From positions 2,091,355 to 2,155,354 of the forward strand of contig NC_134030.1 in assembly GCF_964204645.1 (NCBI RefSeq): 64,000 bases of DNA. Direction: 5' to 3'. A program made the translations under genes and the position numbers. Of the stretch, positions 37,199 to 50,100 are shown in pieces; the first letter of the stretch is position 1, and each line of letters opens with the position of its first letter. The notes beneath the pieces are model-generated. The model saw only the letters and a list, made by a program, of their open reading frames with translations, was not told the DNA's origin and did not search any database. Origin of the DNA: Tubulanus polymorphus. Taxonomy: Eukaryota; Animalia; Nemertea.

Positions 37199-37285
37199 CT
37201 GTAAAATGGCCGGACTTCGAAACGGGGTCAGGCGTGAGCTTTCATACTGACATCGTGACGTCACTGATCCTGACCAATGAAATTT
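37199..37285 (-). promoter_or_regulatory. Putative Pol II promoter and short first exon
   Basis: CpG-rich patch with CCAAT (37274-37278), the CRE palindrome TGACGTCA (37256-37263), YY1-type AAAATGGCC (37203-37211) and a consensus donor CAG|GTAAG at 37199/37198. Confidence 0.55.
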
Positions 37286-37529
37286 ACTAATATTCCCGCC
37301 GATCATTTTCTGATGGGATTCGAACCCGATCAACGCCACCAAAAATATCATTTCGATCGAATCCACGCAAATTCAATCGATGTTCGCCATGACATTTCCT
37401 CGGATTACACACAGTTGTCTGTCTGTCTGTTCACGCATTTAAAAACTGTTTAAGAAATATATTCTGAAAATCGCAAACGCATGCCAAATCACATACGATA
37501 CAAACTGACAATCCGATCTGTTTAACCAC

Positions 37530-37600
37530 AGATCTATGGTCCAGTGGTTAACGTGCTCGTCTGGTCAGCGGCTGGTCGTAAGTTCGAGTCCCGTTGACAC
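37530..37600 (+). mobile_element. Degenerate tRNA-derived sequence (SINE head or tRNA pseudogene)
   Basis: A-box TGGTCCAGTGG (37537-37547) and B-box GTTCGAGTC (37582-37590) at tRNA spacing, but the acceptor and T stems do not pair. Confidence 0.6.
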
Positions 37601-38893
37601 GAGCTTACACAGGTTGACCCGCATTCTTTTTTCGTCGGACTGCAGTCAGGCCCTAGGTCTGTTTTTTAATGTTTTAGATTGTAACGCTGGTTGGCTTCAG
37701 GAACGACAAGCAAGTGTAATTCAGAGCTGTCTGATTTGCACTTTAACGGAACTGTATTCATTATTAATTCCAACAGTGACACTTAATTTCAGATTATCCA
37801 ACCTTTCATTTTGGTAATGAACACCAGTCCAGAACACTGACATCGAACACCTGCATTCTGGACACTGACCTTCAACACTTATACCGATGGCTTCTGTCGT
37901 TCTTACAAATGAAGGAATTGCGGATTTATTTTTCCCAGCAACGAAAATCAGGGAATTTGAGCATTTCTTGATAAGTCCACGGTATTGTGTCATTCTTACC
38001 AGTGACAAGTATCTCGAGGAACCCTTTGATAGGAGACAGCCCCCCACTGAGGGTATGTTTTAATTCAATCTGGTAATTGATGGTCAAGGGTTAGGGTAAA
38101 CCATGGAATTCAAGATTCCCTGATCTGTGAGAACTCAGTTCCACAGTTTCAGGTTAGGTTTAACCCTTGAATAAAAGTTACTCTGGAACTGTATTCTAAT
38201 TGTTGTTTAAGTCTTGTATCACTGTCAATAAGAGTTTAATAATTATTTTATTGTTCAGTTATTTTTTAGTTACAGTGTGTGAAACTGGTACCAACTGGGA
38301 CCAAAGATTCTTATCATGTTATAGCGTTTTATTGGTAGTATTTACTCATATATTCCAAAGATCTCTTGTTTTCTTACCAAATTAATTCTACATTTCGTTG
38401 ATTTTATGAAGAAAAGGTTGGTGCCGGTTTTGTTTGTGATCCGGTCGTCGAAGTAATTAAAGATTTTTAGTATTATTTTAAAGTTAGAAAAGAGAGATCC
38501 TCCATTCAGCATCAGGACGAATCAGCGTCAGTAATTAGCGGGTTCGAACTTGGCGCGATCTAACAGCTAGACTGGTACCGGTCATTCAAAATGAACATCT
38601 GACAGCGAATATTCTAGGGGTTGCTCCAGGAAAAAGACAGGGCTGAGGTTAAGTATACACTTGGATAGAAGCAGGAGCGGCTGGAGAGCTCCGGTGACAC
38701 GCAACCAACCCTGGTAATAGACTGGTTACCGGTCTCTGGGACAGGCACCAGTCTATCCTGTCAAGCGATAATATATACTTAAGGCCATATGCACGATTCG
38801 TTTTGAATTTGATTATGTTATTCAAGCAAGCAATGAAATCCGATTGAATAGAAAAATAAATTTGAATTTGGAATAATATTTAATCCTAATCAG

Positions 38894-40192
38894 GCAAAAG
38901 GTAGAAAGTTTCTTTTGTCCAATGTCGTATAGCGCCGCCGCGGTCGAAAATCGAACTAATCTGTCAAGTCGATAATTTTCTAAGTGAGAAGACGCCGCGT
39001 TCAGTTCGCGGTACACTGTACGTACAGTTTTTCGATACACTGCTGTTCAACAAATTTGTTTTGAAGTTGAAGTTCACAGCGCGCTATTCAGTTTTCAGAA
39101 GTAGAGGGCTAAAATAACATCATTCGTAAGATCTCAGATTGAATATTTTCATCAGATTCAGAGCTCAGTTCATTGTATAAAATGTGTTATTTCATGTATT
39201 AGACAGTTACTTCTATTACTCTGACAGGAGTTTTTATGTCATAATTTTTTTTACCTCATGTGTAACTCAATTATAGCAGAGTTGATAGTTTAATTATCAA
39301 TTATTAATTTATAAATAAATTAGTATTATTAATCTAATTATTGGATTGATTATTATTAAGAGATATGACATTATAAACATATATATAATGCACAGATATG
39401 GATGTTATATATAATGCAAAGATATGGATGTTATAATGATAGTGTATTTCTACTCGCATAGAAATGAGACTAAAGTTTTCCTGTTTGGATATTCTAAAAG
39501 CTTATAAGTCCTTTGCCAAGGATATGAATGGTTTGTGATGATATTATGTTAACTAAATTCATTTGTTGGTTGAACGATTTCAATTAATATCGCAATATTT
39601 AGCATTCGTGATATAATTAATATGATAGAGATATGGCCATTTGTCTATTGTTTATGTTAGCAAAAGATTGCATTTGATATAGAAGGCTTTAAAATGTTTT
39701 GATGTATGGTTGAGATTTACAAAATAAATGTTATGCTTACATGAGATAATTGGAACTAGATGTTTTATTTCATTTTTATCAAGTATCGATGGATGAGAAG
39801 TCTTTAGGCGATGTGCAGTTAGCCCATTAGAGTTTGCCTTAAAATACTTTACTCTCAGTCTAAGCTGAATTTAATTCATACCGCCGTTACAGTACCATAA
39901 AATTCACACAAAATCTTTAGCGTCATTGGAATAGGACGTCCCCTGTTTCACATCCGGTAGGTGTGTTGACGGTGGGTAAGTTTAATAAGGTACACCAAAT
40001 CTATTAAAACGATCGCTATTTTAAAATCAAATCATCCCGAAGAAATTGGGGATTCGAACCTATCGGATATATACTGGTACTCGGCGTCTTTCCACTTAAC
40101 AAAACGTCGTCAATAACATGAGTTCTTATTATTGCTAAGCAGCGGCGCTACCGGTACTGTCAATCGGACATCAGAAACTTTCTACCTTTTGC
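38894..40192. mobile_element. Second copy of the 1.3-kb TIR element
   Basis: Same inverted termini as 328-1622. Confidence 0.65.
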
Positions 40193-40955
40193 GTTTTTAT
40201 TCGCCGGTGAAGCAGCGGATATTTTACAGTACTCAGATATCGGAACGCCTAAAATGCGGTGGACGATATCGGCACAATTAGCGAAAACACGCAATCGGCC
40301 TGGACACAAACTGGCAGTAGTCTATCCTTGATTGCCAGAGTCGATTCCCGTTAGTGTATGAAATATCCGCTACTGTTGAGCATAGCGGCAGCACCGAACA
40401 GTATACTGAGCAGCACGTCGATTTCGCAGTATCACCGGGTTCGAGCCCAGAACATCCCTCTACATCTTCTATTCTGCATCGGTACTACTCTGAATCAGTA
40501 TCAGTAATTACTGGGTTCGAACCCGGGACACCCCTGTACATCCTCTATTCAGCATCAGAACATCTGAATCAGTAAATGACTGGGTTCGCATCTTCTTGAA
40601 CTTTCTGTACTAAAAGAATTCCCGATTTGACAGAGAAATTGTTCAGCATCTCTGATCTGATCTTTTCCTGTTGTCTGATATTCTACGGCCAACCACAAGC
40701 TCTGTACATCTTCTATTCAGCACCAGGACCACTCTGAATCAGTGTCAGTAATTACTGGATTCGAACCCGTGACACCTTTGTTAAGTGTAGGGATCAACTC
40801 ATCTCGCAGTATACTATGAACCTCTATTAGATAAGTTTATTTCTAACACATCTTCTGTTTGTAAAATAAAACTGTATCAATTTGCTGTCTATAATATTCA
40901 TCTTTAAATAAGATTGTAATCCAGCAGGTGTGCTGGGGTAAGGTGACAAACACTA

Positions 40956-41239
40956 CAGTAAACCGGCTCACCCTTACTGGGACGAACTGAGTCCAAGATT
41001 GGCACGAATTGAAGTGAAAGTCTGAGTAAGACTGTAAGGTTTACTGAAGTTATCTCTCATTACACTATATAAAGTTATAAATAAATCTGGACTTTAACTA
41101 GTTTACATGTCCATGAGTAGACTGAGTTCTAACTAAAATCCATTCAAACGAGTCAGTTGAGGAGAGAGAGAGGGAGAGCTTGAGTCAATGTGATACTATA
41201 CTTGATTAATGTGATTCGAGTTAAGAGCCGAGTCTACTG
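40956..41239. mobile_element. Second copy of the 284-bp Tc1/mariner-type MITE
   Basis: Same TIRs and TA flanks. Confidence 0.75.
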
Positions 41240-42240
41240 TAGATTACTGAAAAAAGAACCACAAAACAATTTGTAGCGAACAACTAAACCACGAATAGAT
41301 CAGTAGTTGTGATCAATAGTTCAATACGTACATGTATCATATAAGTAAACATAAGTAAGCAAAGACTTCAACCAATTATCAAACACCAAGTTGACTCAGC
41401 TCCTCTACAGATCCTCATACCATTTTATTGAAATAAATATGTATTTACAATAACTAATGAATTAAAACAGTCGTAATTAAAGAACACCGACAGAAGTCAA
41501 CACGAATAAATCAAGGTCAGTCATCATGTTATGTCAATATTCAAGCACACTACAGAACTGACTGCTGCATTTCAGTTCCACCTCAGAACAACATCAAAAA
41601 CTCTTTAGAAACAATCAAAGATATTCTAACTCGTTTTATTTAAATTAAAATAAAATTCGAATTGAACACACATGTTTATACACAGGGTCAGTTGCACCCA
41701 GACAATAATTCTCCAAGTCTTAACATGCATTAGAGTTCTCCAAGTTCGAGCAACACATTAGAGTTCTCCAAGTTCAAGCAACACATTAGTGTTCTCCAAG
41801 TTCGAGCAACGCATTAGTGTTCTCCAAGTTCCAGCAACGCATTAGAGTTCTCCAAGTTCCAGCAACGCACTAGAGTTCTCCAAGTTCCAGCAACGCATTA
41901 GAGTTCTCCAAGTTCCAGCAAAGCATTAGAGTTCCAAGTTCCAGCAACGCATTAGTGTTCTCCAAGTTCGAGCAACGCATAAGTGTTCTCCAAGTTCGAG
42001 CAACACATTAGAGTTCTCCAAGTTCCAGCAACGCATTGGAGTTCTCCAAGTTCCAGCAACGCATTAGAGTTCCAAGTTCCAGCAACGCATTAGAGTTCCA
42101 AGTTCCAGCAACGCATTAGAGTTCTCCAAGTTCCAGCAACGCATTAGAGTTCCAAGTTCGAGCAACGCAAATGGTCAACAGATGCCATCTGAATATCAAA
42201 GCCAACATCGTGTTTGATTAGATGTTTCACATATTTTCAC

Positions 42241-44130
42241 CTACAAGACAATCAAACAACGAACTTAAAAGGATATTTTCAACAATCACTAAATCAATAA
42301 AATAAATTTATCTATTACAATATATACCTGATTTATAGTCAATTCAGATTCATGACTCATCCATTCATTCTCGAGCAACGCATTAGTGTTCTCCAAGTTC
42401 CAGCAATGCATTAAAGTTCTCCAAGTTCCAGCAACGCACTAGAGTTCTCCAAGTTCCAGCAACGCATTAGAGTTCCAAGTTCCAGCAACGCATTAGTGTT
42501 CTCCAAGTTCGAGCAACGCATATAGTGTTCTCCAAGTTCGAGCAACGCATTAGAGTTCTCCAAGTTCAAGCAACGCATTAGAGTTCCAAGTTCCAGCAAC
42601 GCATTAGAGTTCTCCAAGTTCCAGCAACGCATTAGAGTTCTCCAAGTTCCAGCAACGCATTAGAGTTCTCCAAGTTCCAGCAATGCATTAGAGTTCTCCA
42701 AGTTCGAGCAACGCATTAGAGTTCTCCAAGTTCGAGCAACGCATTAGAGTTCTCAAAGTTCCAGCAACGCATTAGAGTTCCAAGTTCCAGCAACGCATTA
42801 GAGTTCCAAGTTCCAGCAACGCATTAGAGTTCCAAGTTCCAGCAACGCATTAGAGTTCTCAAAGTTCCAGCCACGCATTAGAGTTCCAAGTTCCAACAAC
42901 ACATTAGTGTTCTCAAAGTTCCAGCAACGCAAATGGTCAACAGATGCCATCTGAATATCAAAGCCAACATCGTGTTTGATTAGATGTTTCACATATTTTC
43001 ACCTACAAGACAATCAAACAACGAACTTAAAAGGATATTTTCAACAATCACTAAATCAATAAAATAAATCTATCTATTACAATATATACCTGATTTATAG
43101 TCAATTCAGATTCATGACTCATCCATTCTTTCATCCTTTCAACTAAGGGATAATATTCCTGTGAATCCCTGAAGGTATTTTTCTATCTTGTAGTAACATA
43201 CCATCTCTAGATATTTCCTTATTACAACAGGAAAACTCAAAATATGAATAATTTTGAATAATGTAAGACTTGAAAATTGATGTAATTTTCAATATCATAC
43301 CTGATTTATAGTCAGTTCAGACTAATGACTCGACGTTCCTTTGCAACTGTTAACTTTGTGACTCTACTTTGCAGCTTGACTGAGGCAGTTGACTCAGTAC
43401 TACTGATCTCAGTGGTGTCATTCATCTAACTGATGCCCGGTGATTGTCTCATCTCTGGTGACAATCAGTTCTGTGGTAAACCTCTCCACATTTGCTACAA
43501 GAAAACAAAAAATATGAATAATTTTCATTTTCATGACTGACTTATAGTCTGTTCAATGACTGATCCTTCCTCTGGTATTGTCTTTCTAACGATTTGCTAC
43601 AAGAAAACATGTAACAAACCATCATAATGTTTGGGACTTTTCCTAAAACAAGAAATCAATGTTATCTGTATCTTAACATACCTGATTTATAGTCAGTTCA
43701 GACTAATGACTTGACGTTCCTTTGGAACTGTTAACTTTCCTTGTGACTCAGTAACTTAGTTCCCGACTTTGACGGAGATTTCTCACTACTACTGATCTGA
43801 GTTGTGACATTCATCTAACTAATGCCAGGTGATTGTCTCATCTCTGGTGACACTTAGTTCGTCAATATTTGCTACAAGAAAACACAAAACATGAATAACT
43901 CTTAATTTTGAGACATTGAAAATTGATCCCTATAATTTCAATATCATACCTGATTTATAGTCAGTTCAGACTAATGACTCGACGTTCCTCTGGAACTATT
44001 AACTTTCCTTTGCGACTGTAACTTTTTTGCTGACTTTGACGGAGATGAATCAGTACCACTGATCTCAGTGGCGACCTTCATCTAACGGATGGATGGTGAT
44101 TGTCTCATCTCTGGTGACTCAGTTCAGTGG
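42241..44130 (-). other. Copy-2 exon/intron array, one ~390-bp exon module fewer than copy 1
   Basis: Same splice sites retained (introns 42241-42327 and 43003-43089; exon 43301-43494). Confidence 0.72.
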
Positions 44131-47100
44131 ACCAGCGATATTTCAAAGATTCAACCACCAAATAGCTATCAATGGATAGCTCTTTTGAATATTTTTACAA
44201 TCTAAACGTTTAGTCGTAATGAGGACATTCGGGAAGCAGAATCAATCGTAATTCAGCAACATATGATACAATATGTACAGAACCAACACCAGCGACATTT
44301 CAAAGATGCAACCACCACAAAGCTATCATTGGATAGCTCTTTTGAATATTTATACATTAAAAACTTTATGTCGTTATAAGGACGATCAGGAAACATAAGA
44401 ATCATAATTCAGCGATATATGATACAAATGTACACAGAACCAACACCAGCGACATTTCAAAGATGCAAACCACCACAAAGCTATCAATGGATAGCTCTTT
44501 TGAATATTCATACATTTAAAACGTAAAGTCGCAATAAGGACGATCAGGAAACAAAATAATGAATCCCAATTCACCGACATATATTAAAATATATACAATG
44601 AACCACCACCAGCGACATTTCAAAAATCCAACCACCACAAAGCTATCGATGGATAGCTCCTTTGAATATTTATACATTAAAAACTTTAAGTCGTTATAAG
44701 GACAATCAGGAAACATAAGAATCCTAATTCAGTGAAATATGATACAATATGTACAGAGAACCAACACCAGCGACATTTCAAAGATGCAACCACCACAAAG
44801 CTATCATTGGATAGCTCCTTTGAATATTTATACATTAAAAACTTTAAGTCGTTATAAGGACGATCAGGAAACATAAGAATCATAATTCAGCGATATATGA
44901 TACAATATGTACACAGAACCAACACCAGCGACATTTCAATGATACAAACCACCACAAAGCTATCAATGGATAGCTCTTTTGAATATTCATACATTTAAAA
45001 CGTAAAGTCGCAATAAGGACGATCAGGAAACATAAGAATCCTAATTCAGCGAAATATGATACAATATGTACACAGAACCAACACCAGCGACATTTCAAAG
45101 ATGCAACCACCACAAAGCTATCATTGGATAGCTCCTTTGAATATATACATTAAAAACTTTAAGTCGTTATAAGGACGATCAGGAAACATAAGAATCATAA
45201 TTCAGCGATATATGATACAATATGTACACAGAACCAACACCAGCGACATTTCAAAGATGCAACCACCACAAAGCTATCATTGGATAGCTCTTTTGAATAT
45301 TCATACATTTGAAACGTAAAGTCGCAATAAGGACGATCAGGAAACAAAATAATCAATCCCAATTCACCGACATATATTACAATATATACATTGAACCAAC
45401 ACCAGCGACATTTCAATGATACAACCACCACAAAGCTATCATTGGATAGCTCCTTTGAATATTTAAATATTTGAAACTTTAAGTCGTTATAAGAACGATC
45501 AGGAAACAGAATCAATCAAATTTAGCGACATATGATACAATATGTACACAGAACCAACACCAGCGACATTTCAAAGATACAACCACCACAAAGCTATCGA
45601 TGGATAGCTCTTTTGAATATTCATACATTAAAAACTTTAAGTCGTTATAAGGACGATCAGGAAACATAAGAATCATAATTCAGCGATATATGATACAATA
45701 TGTACACAGAACCAACACCAGCGATATTTCAAAGATACAACCACCACAAAGCTATCAATGGATAGCTCTTTTGAATAATTTAGAATTCAAATTTAAAATT
45801 AAAGGAGGTCATCAGTGTTGTAACACACTGATAATTCAGCTCGTTTGTCACGTTTCTACATGACAGTTGAAGAAGGAAGGAGGAGACTCCTTAACTCATT
45901 ATCACCCCAAAACAGAGTGTATCAGTTAACACACAGCAGCAAGCAACAGTATTTAAGGAGGTCATCAGTGTTGTAACACACTGATAATTCAGTCCGTTTG
46001 TCACGTTTCTACATAACAGTTGAAGAACTGTGTCATTATAAGGATAATCAGGAAACAGAATCAATCATAATTCAGCGACATATGATACAATATATACAGA
46101 ACCAACACCAGCGACATTTCAAAGATACAATCACCACAAAGCTATCAATGGATAGCTCCTTTGAATATTTATAAATTTAAAACTGTGTCGTTATAAGGAC
46201 GATCAGGAAACAAAATAATCAATCCAAATTCACCGACATATATTACAATATATACATTGAACCAACACCAGCGACAATTTCAATGATACAACCACCACAA
46301 AGCTATCAATGGATAGCTCTTTTGAATAATTTAGAATTCAAATTAAAAATTAAAGGAGGTCATCAGTGTTGTAACACACTGATAATTCAGCTCGTTTGTC
46401 ACGTTTCTACATGACAGTTGAAGAAGGAAGGAGGAGACTCCTGCACCCAATATCACCGCAAAACAGAGTGTATCAATAAACACCCAGCAGCAAGCAGCAG
46501 TATTAAAGGAGGTCGTCAGTGATGTAACACACTGATAATTCAGTCCGTTTGTCACGTTTCTACATAACAGTTGAAGAACTGTGTCATTATGAAACAGAAT
46601 CAATAATAATTCAGCGACATTATACAATATATACAGAACCAACACCAGCGACATTTCAATGATACAACCACCACAAACCTATCAATGGATAGCTCTTTTG
46701 AATATTCATACATTAAAACCTTTAAGTTGTTATAAGGACGATCAGGAAACATAAGAATCATAATTCAGCGATATATGATACAATATGTACACAGAACCAA
46801 CACCAGCGACATTTCAAAGATGCAACCACCACAAAGCTATCAATGGATAGCTCTTTTGAATAATTTAGAATTCAAATTTAAAATTAAAGGAGGTCATCAG
46901 TGTTGTAACACACTGATAATTCAGCTCGTTTGTCACGTTTCTACATGACAGTTGAAGAAGGAAGGAGGAGACTCCTTAACTCATTATCACCCCAAAACAG
47001 AGTGTATCAGTTAACACACAGCAGCAAGCAGCAGTATTAAAGGAGGTCATCAGTGTTGCAACACACTGATAATTCAGTCCGTTTGTCACGTTTCTACATG

Positions 47101-50100
47101 ACAGTTGAAGAACTGTGTCATTATAAGGATAATCAGGAAACAGAATCAATCATAATTCAGCGACATATGATACAATATATACAGAACCAACACCAGCGAC
47201 ATTTCAAAGATACAATCACTACAAAGCTATCAATGGATAGCTCCTTTGAATATTTATAAATTTAAAACTGTGTCGTTATAAGGACGATCAGGAAACAAAA
47301 TAATCAATCCAAATTCACCGACATATATTACAATATATACATTGAACCAACACTAGCAACATTTCAATGATACAACCACCACAAAGCTATCATTGGATAG
47401 CTCCTTTGAATATTTAAACATTTGAAACTTTAAGTCGTTATAAGGACGATCAGGAAACATAAGAATCATAATTCAGCGACATATGATACAATATGTACAC
47501 AGAACCAACATCAGCGACATTTCAAAGATGCAACCACCAAAAAGCTATCAATGGATAGCTCTTTTGAATATTCATCCATTTAAAATGTAAAGTCGCAATA
47601 AGGACGATCAGGAAACAAAATAATCAATTCCAATTCACCGACATATATTACAATATATACATTGAACCAACACCAGCGACATTTCAAAGATACAACCACC
47701 ACAAAGCTATCGATGGATAGCTCTTTTGAATATTCATACATTAAAAACTTTAAGTCGTTATAAGGACGATCAGGAAACATAAGAATCATAATTCAGCGAT
47801 ATATGATACAATATGTACACAGAACCAACACCAGCGATATTTCAAAGATACAACCACCACAAAGCTATCGATGGATAGCTCCTTTGAATATTTATAAATT
47901 TAAAACTGTGTCGTTATAAGGATGATCAGGAAACAGAATCAATCATAATTCAGCGACATATGATACAATATATACAGAACCAACACCAGCGACATTTCAA
48001 TGATACAACCACCACAAAGCTATCGATGGATAGCTCTTTTGAATATTCATACATTAAAACCTTTAAGTCGTTATAAGGACGATCAGGAAACATAAGAATC
48101 ATAATTCAGCGATATATGATACAATATGTACACAGAACCAACACCAGCGACATTTCAAAGATGCAACCACCACAAAGCTATCAATGGATAGCTCTTTTGA
48201 ATAATTTAGAATTCAAATTTAAAATTAAAGGAGGTCATCAGTGTTGTAACACACTGATAATTCAGCTCGTTTATCACGTTTCTACATGACAGTTGAAGAA
48301 GGAAGGAGGAGACTCCTTAACTCATTATCACCCCAAAACAGAGTGTATCAGTTAACACACAGCAGCAAGCAGCAGTATTAAAGGAGGTCATCAGTGTTGT
48401 AACACACTGATAATTCAGTCCGTTTGTCACGTTTCTACATAACAGTTGAAGAACTGTGTCATTATAAGGATAATCAGGAAACAGAATCAATCATAATTCA
48501 GCGACATATGATACAATATATACAGAACCAACACCAGCGACATTTCAAAGATACAATCACCACAAAGCTATCAATGGATAGCTCCTTTGAATATTTATAA
48601 ATTTAAAACTGTGTCGTTATAAGGACGATCAGGAAACAAAATAATCAATCCAAATTCACCTACATATATTACAATATATACATTGAACCAACACCAGCGA
48701 CATTTCAATGATACAACCACCACAAAGCTATCAATGGATAGCTCCTTTGAATATTTATAAATTTAAAACTGTGTCGTTATAAGGATGATCAGGAAACAGA
48801 ATCAATCATAATTCAGCGACATATGATGCAATATATACAGAACCAAGACCAGCGACATTTCAATGATACAACCACCACAAAGCTATCGATGGATAGCTGC
48901 TTTGAGTATTTATACATTTAAAAGTTTAAGTCGTTATAAGAACGATCAGGAAACAAAATAATCAATCCAAATTCACTGACATATATTACAATATATACAT
49001 TGAACCAACACCAGCGACATTTCAATGATACAACCACCAAAAAGCTATCATTGGATAGCTGCTTTGAGAATTTATACATTTGAAACTTTAAGTCGTTATA
49101 AGGACGATCAGGAAACATAAGAATCATAATTTAGCGACATATGATACAATATGTACACAGAAAGAACACCAGCAACATTTCAAAGATGCAACCACCACAA
49201 AGCTATCAATGGATAGCTCTTTTGAATATTCATACATTTAAAATGTAAAGTCGCAATAAGGACGATCAGGAAACAAAATAATCAATCCTAATTCACCGAC
49301 ATATATTACAATATATACATTGAACCAACACCAGCGACATTTCAATGATACAACCACCACAAAGCTATCATTGGATAGCTCTTTTGAATATTTTTAAATT
49401 CTAAACATGAAGTCCTAATGAGGACAATCGGGAAGCAGAAACAATTATAATTCAGCGACATATGATTCAATATATACAGAACCAACACCAGCGACATTTC
49501 AAAGATACAACCACCACAAAGCTATCGATGGATAGCTCCTTTGAAAATTTATAAATTTGAAACTGTGTCGTTATAAGGATGATCAGGAAACAGAATCAAT
49601 CATAATTCAGCGACATATGATGCAATATATACAGAACCAAGACCAGCGACATTTCAATGATACAACCACCACAAAGCTATCGATGGATAGCTGCTTTGAG
49701 TATTTATACATTTAAAAGTTTAAGTCGTTATAAGGACGATCAGGAAACAAAATAATCAATCCAAATTCACCGACATATATTACAATATATACATTGAACC
49801 AACACCAGCGACATTTCAATGATACAACCACCACAAAGCTATCGTTGGATAGCTCCTTTGAATATTTAAACATTTGCAACTTTAAGTCGTTATAAGGACG
49901 ATCAGGAAACATAAGAATCATAATTCAGCGACATATGATACAATATGTACACAGAACCAACATCAGCGACATTTCAAAGATGCAACCACCAAAAAGCTAT
50001 CAATGGATAGCTCTTTTGAATATTCATCCATTTAAAATGTAAAGTCGCAATAAGGACGATCAGGAAACAAAATAATCAATTCCAATTCACCGACATATAT

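Larger units (their letters stand above)
3390..37245 (-). ncRNA. Putative long spliced non-coding transcription unit (possibly two adjacent minus-strand units, split near 27.2 kb)
   Basis: Minus-strand GT-AG introns at 36627-37198, 35881-35951, 34149-34218, 32480-32550, 6690-6764, 6415-6499, 6026-6110, 5432-5518 and 4652-4735. Promoter motifs at 37.2-37.3 kb and AATAAA at 3410-3415 and 3621-3626. The exons lack long ORFs. Continuity across 6.9-32 kb is inferred. Confidence 0.5.
1..38568. repeat. Copy 1 of a ~38.57-kb tandem segmental duplication (macro-unit); true boundaries not visible
   Basis: Sequence from position 1 (agactggttaccggtcattcaaaatgaacatctg) restarts at 38569. ORF-track pairs are offset by ~38.57 kb (256/38822, 1784/40354). 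All blocks recur in the same order up to the window end. Confidence 0.93.

Noticed and set aside
37530-37600. Functional tRNA gene
   Set aside because: A and B boxes are present but the acceptor and T stems do not pair.
37721-38047. 108-aa minus-strand ORF with CxxC
   Set aside because: No recognisable domain, non-ATG start and no supporting splice context.
38085-38170. Short inverted repeat TCAAGGGTTA...TAACCCTTGA
   Set aside because: Only 10 bp and single copy, so insufficient to call an element.
1-38568. rDNA, histone or snRNA/SL tandem unit
   Set aside because: No 18S/5.8S/28S/5S, histone ORF or recognisable snRNA or SL sequence was seen in the unit.
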